Of a DNA stretch of 64,000 bases, positions 38,943-49,759 are shown in pieces. How positions within the stretch are numbered: the stretch's first letter is position 1; each line of letters opens with the position of its first letter. The notes below the pieces were generated by a model. It saw nothing but the letters and a program-made list of their open reading frames with translations. It was not told the DNA's origin and ran no database searches. The stretch comes from Eledone cirrhosa. Its lineage: Eukaryota. Both the position numbers and the translations under genes were made by a program. The stretch spans positions 9,176,001 to 9,240,000 of the forward strand of contig OZ024758.1 in the NCBI GenBank assembly GCA_964016885.1, in the 5' to 3' direction.

Positions 38943-39012
38943 AATAGAGACGTGCGTTTCGTTATTGATCAGCTCAAGGTTCGATCTGTATCCATCTCGT
39001 CGGACTTCTGTT
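38943..39012 (-). ncRNA. degenerate hammerhead ribozyme-like motif
   Basis: Minus strand CCGACGA-G...C-GAAACGCACGUC followed by AAUAAA; core has U4>C and stem I is weak. Confidence 0.4.
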
Positions 39013-39371
39013 ATGGTAATGATAGAATGAATCCCTAACCCTAACGATGATGATGATAATGATGATGATGATATCTGTAGTTAAGTAGTATGTCTGTGCA
39101 GGTCAAAAGTTTGCTTTGTAACTATGTCGGTTTTTGATTTGATTCCAATGTGTAGCACCTCTAGCCTCAAGTTTACCAATGCCTTGTGATGAAATTTTGT
39201 GGATGAAAACTGCACAGAAACCCATTGTACACATCTCTCTCTCAATATAAATATATATATAGAGAGAGAGGCTTATATAGAAAGGGCTTCTACAGGACTC
39301 ACTCTACACATGTATTGAGTACCTTCTTTATTGCGGTTACCCCTGACTCAACTCGAGATCAACACACACAC

Positions 39372-39526
39372 ATATTCATGTTATTAAGGCGAAATAGTGA
39401 GTCTTGCTACTCTGGAGTTTCGTGTGTTTATCACAGCAAGAACTATTCTTATCTGATGACCCTGTGATAAACAGGCAAAACTCCAGAGTAGCAAGACTCA
39501 TTATTTAGCCTTAATAACATGAATAT
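39372..39526. mobile_element. palindromic mini-element with degenerate hammerhead
   Basis: About 63-bp inverted arms. Plus strand CUGAUGA(39453)-CCCUGU-GAUAA-ACAGGC-AAAA-CUCCAGAG-UA; the opposite arm retains CGAAACUCCAGAGUA. Confidence 0.7.
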
Positions 39527-40675
39527 TTAAACTCTACTTCGTCAACTACATACAGATATATATATATATATGAAGTATAAATCGAAGTTATAGCTGCAGT
39601 ATAAATAAATTGATATAGATATATATCAACAGCAGCACTAACATAGCGTGGTTCATAATAGAGGCATATATGAAACCATATACAATATGTTTATATATAA
39701 TATAACCCATGCAAGCGTGGAAGATGGACATTAAACGATGATGATGAATGATGATGATAATAAGCATACATGAATCTCGCTGTGGGTATTTTAAGTTGTA
39801 ATCATTTCACAGCTACCTCAGCATGTGTGTGTATATTTTAATGATGTATATCAGCAAATAATGTAAACATCAACGAGAGAACAGATTGTAGAAATTATAT
39901 GATCAGGTTTGCTATTGACTAAATCTGTTGTGAAAGCACGTGGCTTAGTGGTTATAGAATTGGATTCGCAATAGTGAGATTGCGATTTCAATTCCCAGAC
40001 GGAGCGATATATTATGTCCTTGAGTTGCGATCAGTAGATAGTATCAGCAATGGAAAGACCAATGGAAACATTGTTTATTTAGTCAGATTTGACAAGATTC
40101 ACTGCACGGAAACGAGGTTTGGTAAAATAAAAAAACATGTTTAGATCTTTAAGAAAGAATGTGATGTGTTGCACTATGCTGACGCTCTTAGGTTAAACCT
40201 GAGAAGTTGATTCAAGTAAATATATCTTTCCTTTACAAACATCATTCTTGTGTTTACTTGAAAGAAACCAGTGAAGTATAGTGTGCTGAAAGTGGTTGAG
40301 AGATAATATAATGTACTGAAAGGCTTTGAGCAATTCTGTGGATGGGGCAAGGCCTGAGTGGTTGATGTGGTAGTATAATGGACAGAGCTATATAAGCAGG
40401 TCTTGAAGTAAAGAAAGAAAAGTTAACATCAAAGTACAAAGTGCATGCATGTGTATGTGTATATGCATGTGTATGGTGTGTGTGTATGTGTGTGCACGTG
40501 TGTGTGTGTAAGTGTGTTCATATGTCTGTGTTCATGTGTGTGTATTTGTATATGCATGCATGTGTATATGTTTTATTTTTGTGAATGTTTATTTTATGCT
40601 GAAAAATGTTGATATATTCAATATACACTTAAGAAAACTTAGAAAATTAGAAGTTTCAGCTCTCTGAAGCATTTG

Positions 40676-40857
40676 ACCTAACCCTAACCCCTGACCCCTA
40701 ACCCTAATCCCTGACCCCTAACCCTGACCACTGACCACTAACCCTAACTCCTGACCCCGACCCCTGACCCCTGACCCCTAACCCCTGACCCTGACCCCTA
40801 GCCCTGACCCCTGACCCCTAACCCTGACCCCTGATTCCTAACCCTAACCCTAACTCT
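40676..40857. repeat. telomere-like (CCCTAA/CCCTGA)n array
   Basis: Mixed 6-7 bp units ACCCTA/ACCCCTG. Confidence 0.9.
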
Positions 40858-41443
40858 AGAGTAGAGATATTTACAGATTTCTTTGATGAGAGAAAATGAA
40901 GGCATAAAGCATTTTGAATTGTATGTTTGTGTATTGAACCAGGATGTCATTATAATACTAGTGTATGTATTGTCAGTGGTAGGAAGAAGAAAAATACATA
41001 AGTTGAATGAGAAACGAGAAGATTAGTAACAAAAAAACCCTCCCAAATACTGGACTCAAGTGGAAGAAATAGAGGATCCAGTTCAGTTTAAGCATAGTTA
41101 AGTTAAAAAGAAAATAAACAGCAGATCTATTAGAAATAGATGCTTATATACTAGACGTATTGAGCTATGTAGGTCATAACCTAGTATTTGTTCATTTGAT
41201 CAGGTTGTTATTGTTTTATCCACTATAGTATCTTATTGTTGCAATTGAGCTCCCAGCTATACCCACACAAAGCTGACATATCTATAATCAAAGGTATTCC
41301 TGCCTTGAGATTCCCATCTGTTTTATGAACATAGTATAACTAGGACTACGTTTTCCAATGTGTCCTGCTTTATTTAAGATGATAGGATGTGATATGAAGG
41401 AAATTTGGCTGCTATTTCTAGCAGGTCGAGCGACCACATAGAA

Positions 41444-41666
41444 CAGCAATTCCCAACCTAGTGATAGTATTAGTGGGAGTCTCGGTGAGCTAAGCCCACA
41501 ATTTTGTGTACTTTTATATAAACATAATATACTTACACTACTCTAAATATAACCGATTTCACTATTTTGATTGCTATTCTTATCTGGGAGGGGGAATAAG
41601 TGCAAGGTGAAGAGAATTCCCTTAAATAAAAGGGGTCCTTAGTAGTGAAAAGATTGGGCACCCTTG
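41444..41666. mobile_element. hAT-like MITE nested in another repeat
   Basis: Degenerate TIRs CAGCAATTCCCAACCT / AGATTGGGCACCCTTG. The host repeat (about 41190-41700) recurs inverted at about 54700-54900. Confidence 0.55.
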
Positions 41667-41724
41667 ATTTAGAGGCTTCCCGTTTTCACTGTTATTTAAC
41701 TAATGACTGTTATAGAGATATCAC

Positions 41725-41835
41725 ACACACCACCACCGCCGTCTCCGCCACCACCTCACCACCACCACCACTGCCGCCGCCGTCATTACCACCACCACCA
41801 CCACCACCACCATCACTACCGCCGCCACCACCACC
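41725..41835. repeat. (CCA/CCG)n microsatellite
   Basis: Direct reading. Confidence 0.9.
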
Positions 41836-41942
41836 TAAACAAAACAATAAGACCAGCTGGACTAAGGAGAGTATTTGGTATCTACTGTTGGTGAGCTTCA
41901 GCTTTCCTATCTCAAGTGTCAATAAAATATGGACTAGTATTT

Positions 41943-41965
41943 GTGGGTGTGGGTGTGGTGGGGGT

Positions 41966-42063
<98 letters not shown>
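41943..42063. repeat. (GT)n microsatellite
   Basis: Direct reading. Confidence 0.95.
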
Positions 42064-42064
<1 letters not shown>

Positions 42065-43107
42065 TCATCACCATTATCATACATCTAAAAACCTTTTTCC
42101 TCCATGCTTGCATAGGTTGGCTATTTGTACCATTCCTTCATCATTTCTAGGGTTCAGCATTTTGAGTGTGTTATCACATCAACACATCATCATCATCATC
42201 ATTTCATCATTTTATGTGCATTTTTCCTTGCTGTCATAACAATAAGTCAGCACTCAATTGGAGCTTTACAGGGTGTACTAGGTACATTTAATTGTGGTAC
42301 AAGCACAAGAGAGGTTGTTATGCCCTTGATGTGACTGACAAGTCCTCTCAACTCATTTTGGTATGCTTTCTATGTTTGGATGTTCTTCCTAAAACCAACC
42401 ACTTTACAGAGTGTACTGGGTGCATCTTATCATGGAACCAGCTCTAGAGAGATTGTTAGGTCATTGAAGAGCCTTTTCTACTCTATGCTGTTATTTGTTG
42501 GATGTCTTCACAGAGAGTACCATACAATTTTATAGTGGGACCAACGCAATTATAGTGGCATCAATACTGGAGAGGTCGGAGGTCACACTGTTTTAAGGGA
42601 AATGTATTTGAGAGTGAGAATAAAAGGGCTGGTGAAGATAGAACAGAGATGTATGATAAGTGTGGGGTTAAACAGAGTGTGAAGGAAAAGAAAGGAGTAA
42701 CATAGGAGAGAGTACAGTAATGATGGCAATAAAGAGGGGAGAGATCAAGTATACAGTTGTAATCTTTCATATACATCACATGTCGATATCAGCACAGTCT
42801 TCTCTCTTGGACACTACATCTGATTCTTCTTATACCTAGTTTTTCTTTCAGCTCATTAAAGTTACATCGTTCTTGCACACTAAGGTTACGCATCCACTAG
42901 TGTATACTTGCTCAATTTCTTTCTAGATTTTGCAGATCCTTTGAAATCAAGGCCATCATGGCTGAGGTCCAATGATTTATGAAATTTGAGGCCCTTCTCA
43001 AAAAAATTTGTGTAAAAAATGTTTTTAATAATTTAATAATTATACATGATTATTATTTTTTATATTAATTTTAATGATAAAGAATATAATATAATATATA
43101 TGTGTGT

Positions 43108-43400
43108 ATCATCATCATCATCATTTTATGTCCGCTTTTCCCTGCTTGGAAGAGTGGGACGGGTCCTATTCAGCACAGCATCTCTCCACTTGTCACGGTC
43201 CTTCGCCATCTCCTCCGTGAGCTTCAGTGATCTGAGGTCAGCTCTCACCTCCTCCGCCCATGTTTTTCGTGGTCTCCCTCTACAGTGTCTTCCTTCTATT
43301 GGGATTTCTTGGCATTTGTTTACCCAGTGGTCATCCTCCATGCGCATCACATGTCCATACCATCTCAGTCTTCTCTCTCGCACACCACAACTTATCCCTC
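43108..43400 (-). mobile_element. RTE LINE 3' end
   Basis: RERRLRWYGHVMRMEDDHWVNKC...RGRPRKTW...DRDKWR; (TGA)n tail. Confidence 0.9.
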
Positions 43401-43432
43401 TTATACACAGTATAAGATATATATATATGTGA

Positions 43433-43815
43433 AAATGAAAAGTGAAATGAAAGGCAGAGTGTATGATGCGTGTATACGAACAGCAATGTTACATGGTAGT
43501 GAGACCTGGGCGCTGTCTGTAGAAGACTTGCGCAGATTAGAAAGAAACGAAGCTTGCATGCTCTGATCGCCCTGCACTTTTTTATACAGCTGTCGTCTTT
43601 CATGCACATCACATGACCATACCAACGTAATCTCCTCTCAATTAAACAGCATCTGATCCCTTTTATTCCTAATTTCTAACTTAGTTTGTTTATGTTTTGA
43701 CGTTCGGGTATATTACTATTACACATCCAACAGAGCATGCTTCATTCCTTACCAATCTGCGCAGGTCCTCCGCACACAATGCCCATGTCTCACTGCCATG
43801 TAATATTGCTGTGTG
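43433..43815. mobile_element. two RTE fragments joined in inverted orientation
   Basis: 43433-43567 (+) KGRVYDACIRTAMLHGSETWALSVEDLRRLERNEACML; 43568-43815 (-) TAILHGSETWALCAEDLRRL...RLRWYGHVMCMKDDSCIKKCRA. Confidence 0.85.
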
Positions 43816-43967
43816 TATATATATATATATATATGTACACATTGTTATACTTTGGGAGGGTCATGTTGTCAATAAAAAATATACCCGCACCTGTTGGTTT
43901 TCACTTCAATTTATTATAAATTTCCGGTTGATTGGTTGGTTCGATAACCGGAAGGTTGTTTATATAT

Positions 43968-44013
43968 TGTCAAAGCTCTTTCATCACACATTCTGTGATC
44001 TCCTCAGTGACTA
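43968..44013 (-). ncRNA. minimal type I hammerhead ribozyme motif (near intact)
   Basis: GUCA-CUGAGGA-G-AUCACA-GAAUG-UGUGAU-GAAA-GAGC-UU-UGAC; stems I and II pair, and the C before GAAA is missing. Confidence 0.7.
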
Positions 44014-45734
44014 GGTTTTTATTTTGTGTGTCTCTCCTTTGTTCTGTCCTACAAGATGGTGTAGGACAGAACAAAGGAAGCCTCAGTGGGTGTGTGGCCT
44101 TAAGCTATAGCTTATTTACTTATAGGTAAGTTCAGCACTGAAAGACTTGCAGCATTGCAGTTTGCACACAAGCATTATACAATCTACATTTTACTCTGAG
44201 CGAAAAACCCCTACTTGTCAGTCGAGGTAATAGTTCCCTGAATTAGGCCAACTCATTCTTATTTTAAGTATGTTTCAGTACACCCACCTTTGCTGCAGAT
44301 TAGGTCACCTAGGTAACAAAAACTGTCAATAACCTGTAATAAACTGCAGATCAATTACACTTACATACACATGGACACGTTTGTATATAAGCTATTATGT
44401 ATGAAATCATTATCTATATACTGATTGTATATATTTATATCTGTTGCTTTGGTGATATAATACACCAGTCATTACATTGCTTATACTTTGGTTCTGGTAT
44501 TTGATATATTTTATAAAAGATAATAAGGATAATAATATTGAACATTATCAGTTGGTATTAGCAGCAGACACCAGATTTAATTTTATAGAAATGATTAAAT
44601 TATGGACTACAGTGATTCTTATCTAAGACCAACTTGATAATTATGAAGTATAGTTTTCAACAAGTTGCAGATGATAGAAAAAGTAAAGTCCTTTAGATAT
44701 GAATAAATACATCTTTATATATTTTGAGACAGAACCTAAAGCATAGAGCCAAACACTATTACATAAACAAAAGATGTCATATATATTATGACATTGTCTA
44801 TAACCTATGAAAACATATATTGATTGGGTATTAGTCAACCAGCTTAGATGTTAACAGTGTGATGCAGATCCTATTCTTTACCCTGTGTGTGTACTCATAC
44901 TGCATCCTGTCCTTGTGTTGTGTTCGTGACTAAAACGTTTAGCTTTAGACAGATGAGTCCATTAGCTCTAAGTACTGTAGATGGTATAACCCACCATTGT
45001 AAACTGTAACAGTATTGTAGAATTGATAAGGTTTTTGTTGTTGTTCTTGAATTACAATTCTGAGTTTAATTCCTTCCAAGTGGAAAACACTCTACTTGTG
45101 GTGATATCTGAGTGCAAGAGCTTTATCTGTTTACTTCAGTGATATAAACCCGAGATAAGCATTCGTCCCAAAGGAAGAGGAAAGGATATAACCTATAGAA
45201 AATATTAGTTTAGATATTTAGGTGTGGCTGCAACCAAAAAAAAACAACAACTATATCCTCATAAATATTAAAAAAACCAGCTGACAAAGCTGGTCATAAA
45301 TCATAAGTGATGAATTTTTTGTTGGTTTACAGTGATCTCTTCATCCATGAGAATTACCCATGATAAACTGGTTTCTTACACAGTTATTACAACCATAGAA
45401 ATAAAAATATCAAGTGTTAGCTTAATGGACATGGAAACTCTTGAAAGGATTACACATGGAGACTAACATGTACATAAATATATAACTATAGATTGACAAG
45501 CAGATAGAGGTAGGCAGATATTTATATATGTATAACAATAGCCTTAACAACTATTTACAAATAAGAGAAAATTAGCCTCTAACCCATGAGCTGCAACTGA
45601 AAAAATATTGATGAAGCCCAACATATTGATGAGACAAGAAGAAGTAAAGAGAATGTGGAAGAGAATATACAAACGTTAATAAAAGTATTTTTTGTTTACT
45701 TGGAAGTTAAATCCTAAAAGGACAAACACAACAG

Positions 45735-45845
45735 AGAGGAAGAGAGAGGGAGGGGGTGGGGGAAATAGAGAGGGACAGTGAGAGAGGGGGTAAGGGAAAG
45801 AGAGAGGGGAGAGAGAGAGGGAGAGAGAGAAGAAGAAAGACAGAA
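45735..45845. repeat. purine-rich (GA)n-like tract
   Basis: Direct reading. Confidence 0.8.
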
Positions 45846-45933
45846 AAATGTGGAGGTGTAAGATAAAACATCAATTTGAAAAGAATCACACAATCGTTAT
45901 ATATTATGTATCGATCTCTTGAGACACACACAC

Positions 45934-45934
<1 letters not shown>

Positions 45935-46017
<83 letters not shown>

Positions 46018-46282
46018 CAATATGACCCTCCCCAAATATAAAAATATATGTATATTTATATATATATATATATATATGTATATGTGTGTGTGTGTATATG
46101 TGTGTGTATATATGTGTGTGTGTATATATATGTGTGTGTATATATATATGTGTGTGTATATATATATGTATATGTGTATATATATATGTGTGTGTGTATA
46201 TATATATGTGTGTGTATATATATATATGTATATATATATGTGTGTGTGTGTATATATGTGTGTGTATATATATATGTATATA

Positions 46283-46342
<60 letters not shown>
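45935..46342. repeat. (TA)n/(TG)n microsatellite with a short unique insert
   Basis: Direct reading; insert at about 46016-46045. Confidence 0.9.
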
Positions 46343-46344
<2 letters not shown>

Positions 46345-46376
46345 TTATTCCGGGTTCAATCAGCAGAGTATAAATG

Positions 46377-46453
46377 TTTAATATAGAAAAGCTTCCTCAT
46401 GATTTCTCACGAATGAAACAGTTCTAGTCCTGTAGAAGCTTTTCTATATTAAA
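46377..46453 (+). ncRNA. type I hammerhead ribozyme motif with one core substitution
   Basis: Perfect 19-bp stem I (46377-46395 / 46435-46453) encloses CUCAUGA-UUUC-UCAC-GAAU-GAAA-CAG-UUCUAGUC-CUG-UA. Confidence 0.7.
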
Positions 46454-46489
46454 TATATATATATATATATATATATATTCCGTTTACCA

Positions 46490-46532
<43 letters not shown>

Positions 46533-46629
46533 ACTAAATGTTAATAAGGTTCATTGATTACTCAATGAATATAGTTTTTTTTACAATAGATTCAAAGCAC
46601 TCAACAATGAAGTTTTCTGGAGTTATTAG

Positions 46630-46735
46630 TATTATTCAAAATATTAATAAATGAAGACGTTCACATAATCAAAATATAATAAAACATATATTTTGATTAT
46701 GTGAACGTCTTCATTTATTAATATTTTGAATAATA
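46630..46735. repeat. near-perfect palindrome (about 48-bp arms)
   Basis: TATTATTCAAAATATTAATAAATGAAGACGTTCACATAATCAAAATATA / reverse complement, with a short spacer. Confidence 0.9.
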
Positions 46736-47090
46736 TATAATAATAATAATAATGAAATTATTGTATACAGTGCTCAGGTGCACTACAACTCATCAAAGGT
46801 GCATGTATAGTACATAGAATAATGTACAAATGTCAGGAAAATGAACAGTGTATGAGTCATGATATAATAATAACAATAATGAAATATTGTGTACAGTGCC
46901 CAGGTGCACCACAGCTCATCAAAAAAGTGCATGTACAGTACATAGGGCAATGCACAAACATCAGTAAAATGAACAGTGCACGAGTCATGATACACACATG
47001 TGTGCATGTGTATGGAAGGGGTACATCAAGTGTAGTTTTGGCGTATTTCGGGAAGCATGAGTGTCTTAAAGGATGCAGTGTCTCGGCCTA
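46736..47090 (-). mobile_element. LINE (CR1/L2-like) 3' end with tandemly duplicated terminus
   Basis: Minus strand RDTASFKTLMLPEIRQNYT* followed by UTR; about 115-bp duplication (46750-46865 / 46878-46990), each ending in (ATT)n on the minus strand. Confidence 0.55.
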
Positions 47091-47220
47091 TATATGCAGA
47101 AGTTCTATTTAAATTGTTGGGATACAACAAGCAAATATTTTTATAGCTGATATAAAGCACTCAACAAATTATTGGAGTAAAAATACGATATATTAACAAA
47201 TGGAAACTATATTTATAAAA

Positions 47221-47300
47221 CCATATTCATTTCATTATACATATTTCAAGGACACCAAGTTAAATTATGGTGTGCTTTCATCAGATAAAATATAATATAG
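47221..47300 (-). ncRNA. minimal type I hammerhead ribozyme
   Basis: CUAUAUUAUAUUUUAU-CUGAUGA-AAGCACACCA-loop-UGGUGUCCUU-GAAA-UAUGUA-UA-AUGAAAUGAAUAUGG. Same family as 59708/59899; lies inside the inverted repeat 47185-47390. Confidence 0.8.
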
Positions 47301-47515
47301 AGCAGTTTTATAAATAAATATTGACATACCCTTAAAGAATGAAATAAATATGGTTTTATAAATATAGTTTCCATTTGTTAATATATCGTATATATATATA
47401 GTTTCAGAAGATCCTGTTTACAGTGAAAGCAGAAATTCTTTGCTAAAACTTAAATCTGTACTAATTATAAATAAATAATATATATATATATATATAATTT
47501 ATTTATTTATTTATA

Positions 47516-47945
47516 TATTAGTAGAGATTTATATATATATTAGTAGAGATTTATATATATATTAGTACAGATTTATATATATATTAGTACAAATTTATAT
47601 ATATATTAGTACAGATTTATATATATATATTAGTACAGATTTATATATATATATATTAGTACAGATTTATATATATATTAGTACAGATTTATATATATAT
47701 ATTAGTACAGATTTTTATATATATATTAGTACAAATTTATATATATATTAGTACAGATTTATATATATATATTAGTACAAATTTATATATATATTAGTAC
47801 AGATTTATATATATATATTAGTACAGATTTATATATATATATTAGTACAAATTTATATATATATTAGTACAGATTTATATATATATATTAGTACAGATTT
47901 ATATATATATATTAGTACAGATTTATATATATATATTAGTACAGA

Positions 47946-47950
<5 letters not shown>
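47516..47950. repeat. ATTAGTACAGATTT(AT)n minisatellite (about 22-28 bp)
   Basis: About 18 copies with a variable TA spacer; an inverted single copy lies at about 47452-47466. Confidence 0.93.
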
Positions 47951-47991
<41 letters not shown>

Positions 47992-48193
47992 GATTGGTGC
48001 TCTGAAATAGCGATGTATATACGAGTGTATGTATAGTATATTTGGCAATATACCGTATGTTTAATTAAAAACATTTTGAAGACTAAACGCTATCGGTTTT
48101 AAAGTAGTGACTATGTCACTTACTTCTTTTCGTCGAAAGAAGGGAGAGAAGCTGACAGTCTGTTTCACGCTGTTGGCGATCATCAGAGCCACG

Positions 48194-48237
<44 letters not shown>

Positions 48238-48260
48238 ATGTAATAAACAACATAAGGCAA

Positions 48261-48326
48261 TTATTCCATTTACCAGTGGTTTCTTAAAAGCAAAAGGTTT
48301 TGCTTTCAATCCTCAGAATGAAAAAA
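48261..48326 (-). ncRNA. minimal type I hammerhead ribozyme (intact core, GUA site)
   Basis: UUUCAUU-CUGAGGA-UUGAAAGCAAA-ACCU-UUUGCUUUUAA-GAAA-CCACUGG-UA-AAUGGAA; 11-bp stem II, stem III ACCA/UGGU. Confidence 0.85.
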
Positions 48327-48411
48327 TCCTGGTTTGTTTATTGAAGTTGGATCTTAAAAAACCTTTTTTAAAAACCTTTTTTAAGATCCAATTTCAATAA
48401 ACAAACCAGGA

Positions 48412-48477
48412 TTTTTTCATTCTGAGGATTGAAAGCAAAACCTTTTGCTTTTAAGAAACCACTGATAAATGGAATAA
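48412..48477 (+). ncRNA. minimal type I hammerhead ribozyme (mirror copy)
   Basis: CUGAGGA at 48422, GAAA at 48455; one G>A in stem III gives an AUA site. Right arm of the 48231-48507 palindrome. Confidence 0.8.
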
Positions 48478-48599
48478 TTGCCTTATGTTGTTTATTACAT
48501 AATAATAATTAAGCTCTGTTGCTTACATAGAGCACTCTTTTTTCCTGGACTTTTCCGACGGAATTACTTCATTCACACATATATATATATATATATATA

Positions 48600-48909
48600 T
48601 ATAACAAAGAAGGTGAGGTAAGATACCAGGTGGACCATAATGCACCAGAGTACTCAATACTTAGGGTAGTAGAGTGGGTAATGGGAAAAGAGTTAGGACC
48701 CCGACGGGTGAGCTCCGACTGTTTCGACAGCTAGATCTAAACTGTTCAGATCAAGCTGTCGAAATGGCCGAAGCTCAGCTGTCGGGGTCTTGACTCTTTT
48801 TCTATATATATATATATATATATATACACAGACACAAACACACATACGCATATACACATATACTTATACATGTATATAAATATGTGCATGTGTTTGAGAC
48901 TGTACGTAG

Positions 48910-48988
<79 letters not shown>

Positions 48989-49182
48989 AGAAAGTATGAC
49001 CCCGACGGCAGAGCTCAAGCCGTTTTGATGGCTATTTCTGGAATCCAGAAATAGCCGTCGAAACGGCTTGAGCTCTGCCGTCGGTGTTAAACATTTTCCT
49101 ATTACCCACTCTACTACCCTAAGTATTGAGTACTCTGGTGTGTTATGGTCCATCTGGTTCCTTACCGCAACTCCTTTGTTAT
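48600..49182. mobile_element. two inverted copies of a TA-embedded mini-element, each with a fold-back and half-hammerhead
   Basis: 48602-48797 and 48990-49182 are inverted homologues. Internal palindromes at about 48693-48793 and 49001-49084 carry CGAAACGGC-loop-GCCGUC. Confidence 0.7.
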
Positions 49183-49197
49183 ATATATATACTTGAC

Positions 49198-49234
<37 letters not shown>

Positions 49235-49759
49235 GTACAGTTTGTGACTGTACGTATATATGTGACTGTACGTATATATATATATATATATATATATACG
49301 TACAGTCACAAACAGAAGCACATGCATAGTAGACAGCATAAAGAGGATAGAGTGAATAAGTAAACCGATTTGAATAAAACCTGTTTTGTATGTCACATTG
49401 TATGCTGAGTGTTCTTGAAAGGTGTTCTAGTCATGAATATTTCATATTTATACATATCAACGACTACACTGAGGTGTGATTAGGCATTTATTAGTCATAT
49501 GACTTTCTACTTTAACTGGATTGTTACTTGGCGGGTAATTTTAACCCTTTAGTTACTGTTTTTAACCGGTAATGTTATATTTGTAGAACAATTATAATTT
49601 TAATTCTTTTCAAATCTTTGGTATTTCTACAAAATAATAAGATGAATGCTAATTTTGAAAATAGAAACAAAGTGTTACACTATTTTTTCTATTAATAACA
49701 TATATTTCTGGTAAATATATAATTGAGGAGGTTTATTTAATCTTATATTAAGTTTAATC

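Noticed and set aside
41645-42239. Poly-Pro, poly-His and (CV)n ORFs
   Set aside because: Translations of (CCA)n and (GT)n microsatellites.
44920-44975. CAGATGAGTCC near GACTAAAAC resembling a hammerhead
   Set aside because: Both core halves are mismatched and the stems cannot be closed.
47516-47950. Repeat-spacer-like array
   Set aside because: The spacers are only variable-length (TA)n.
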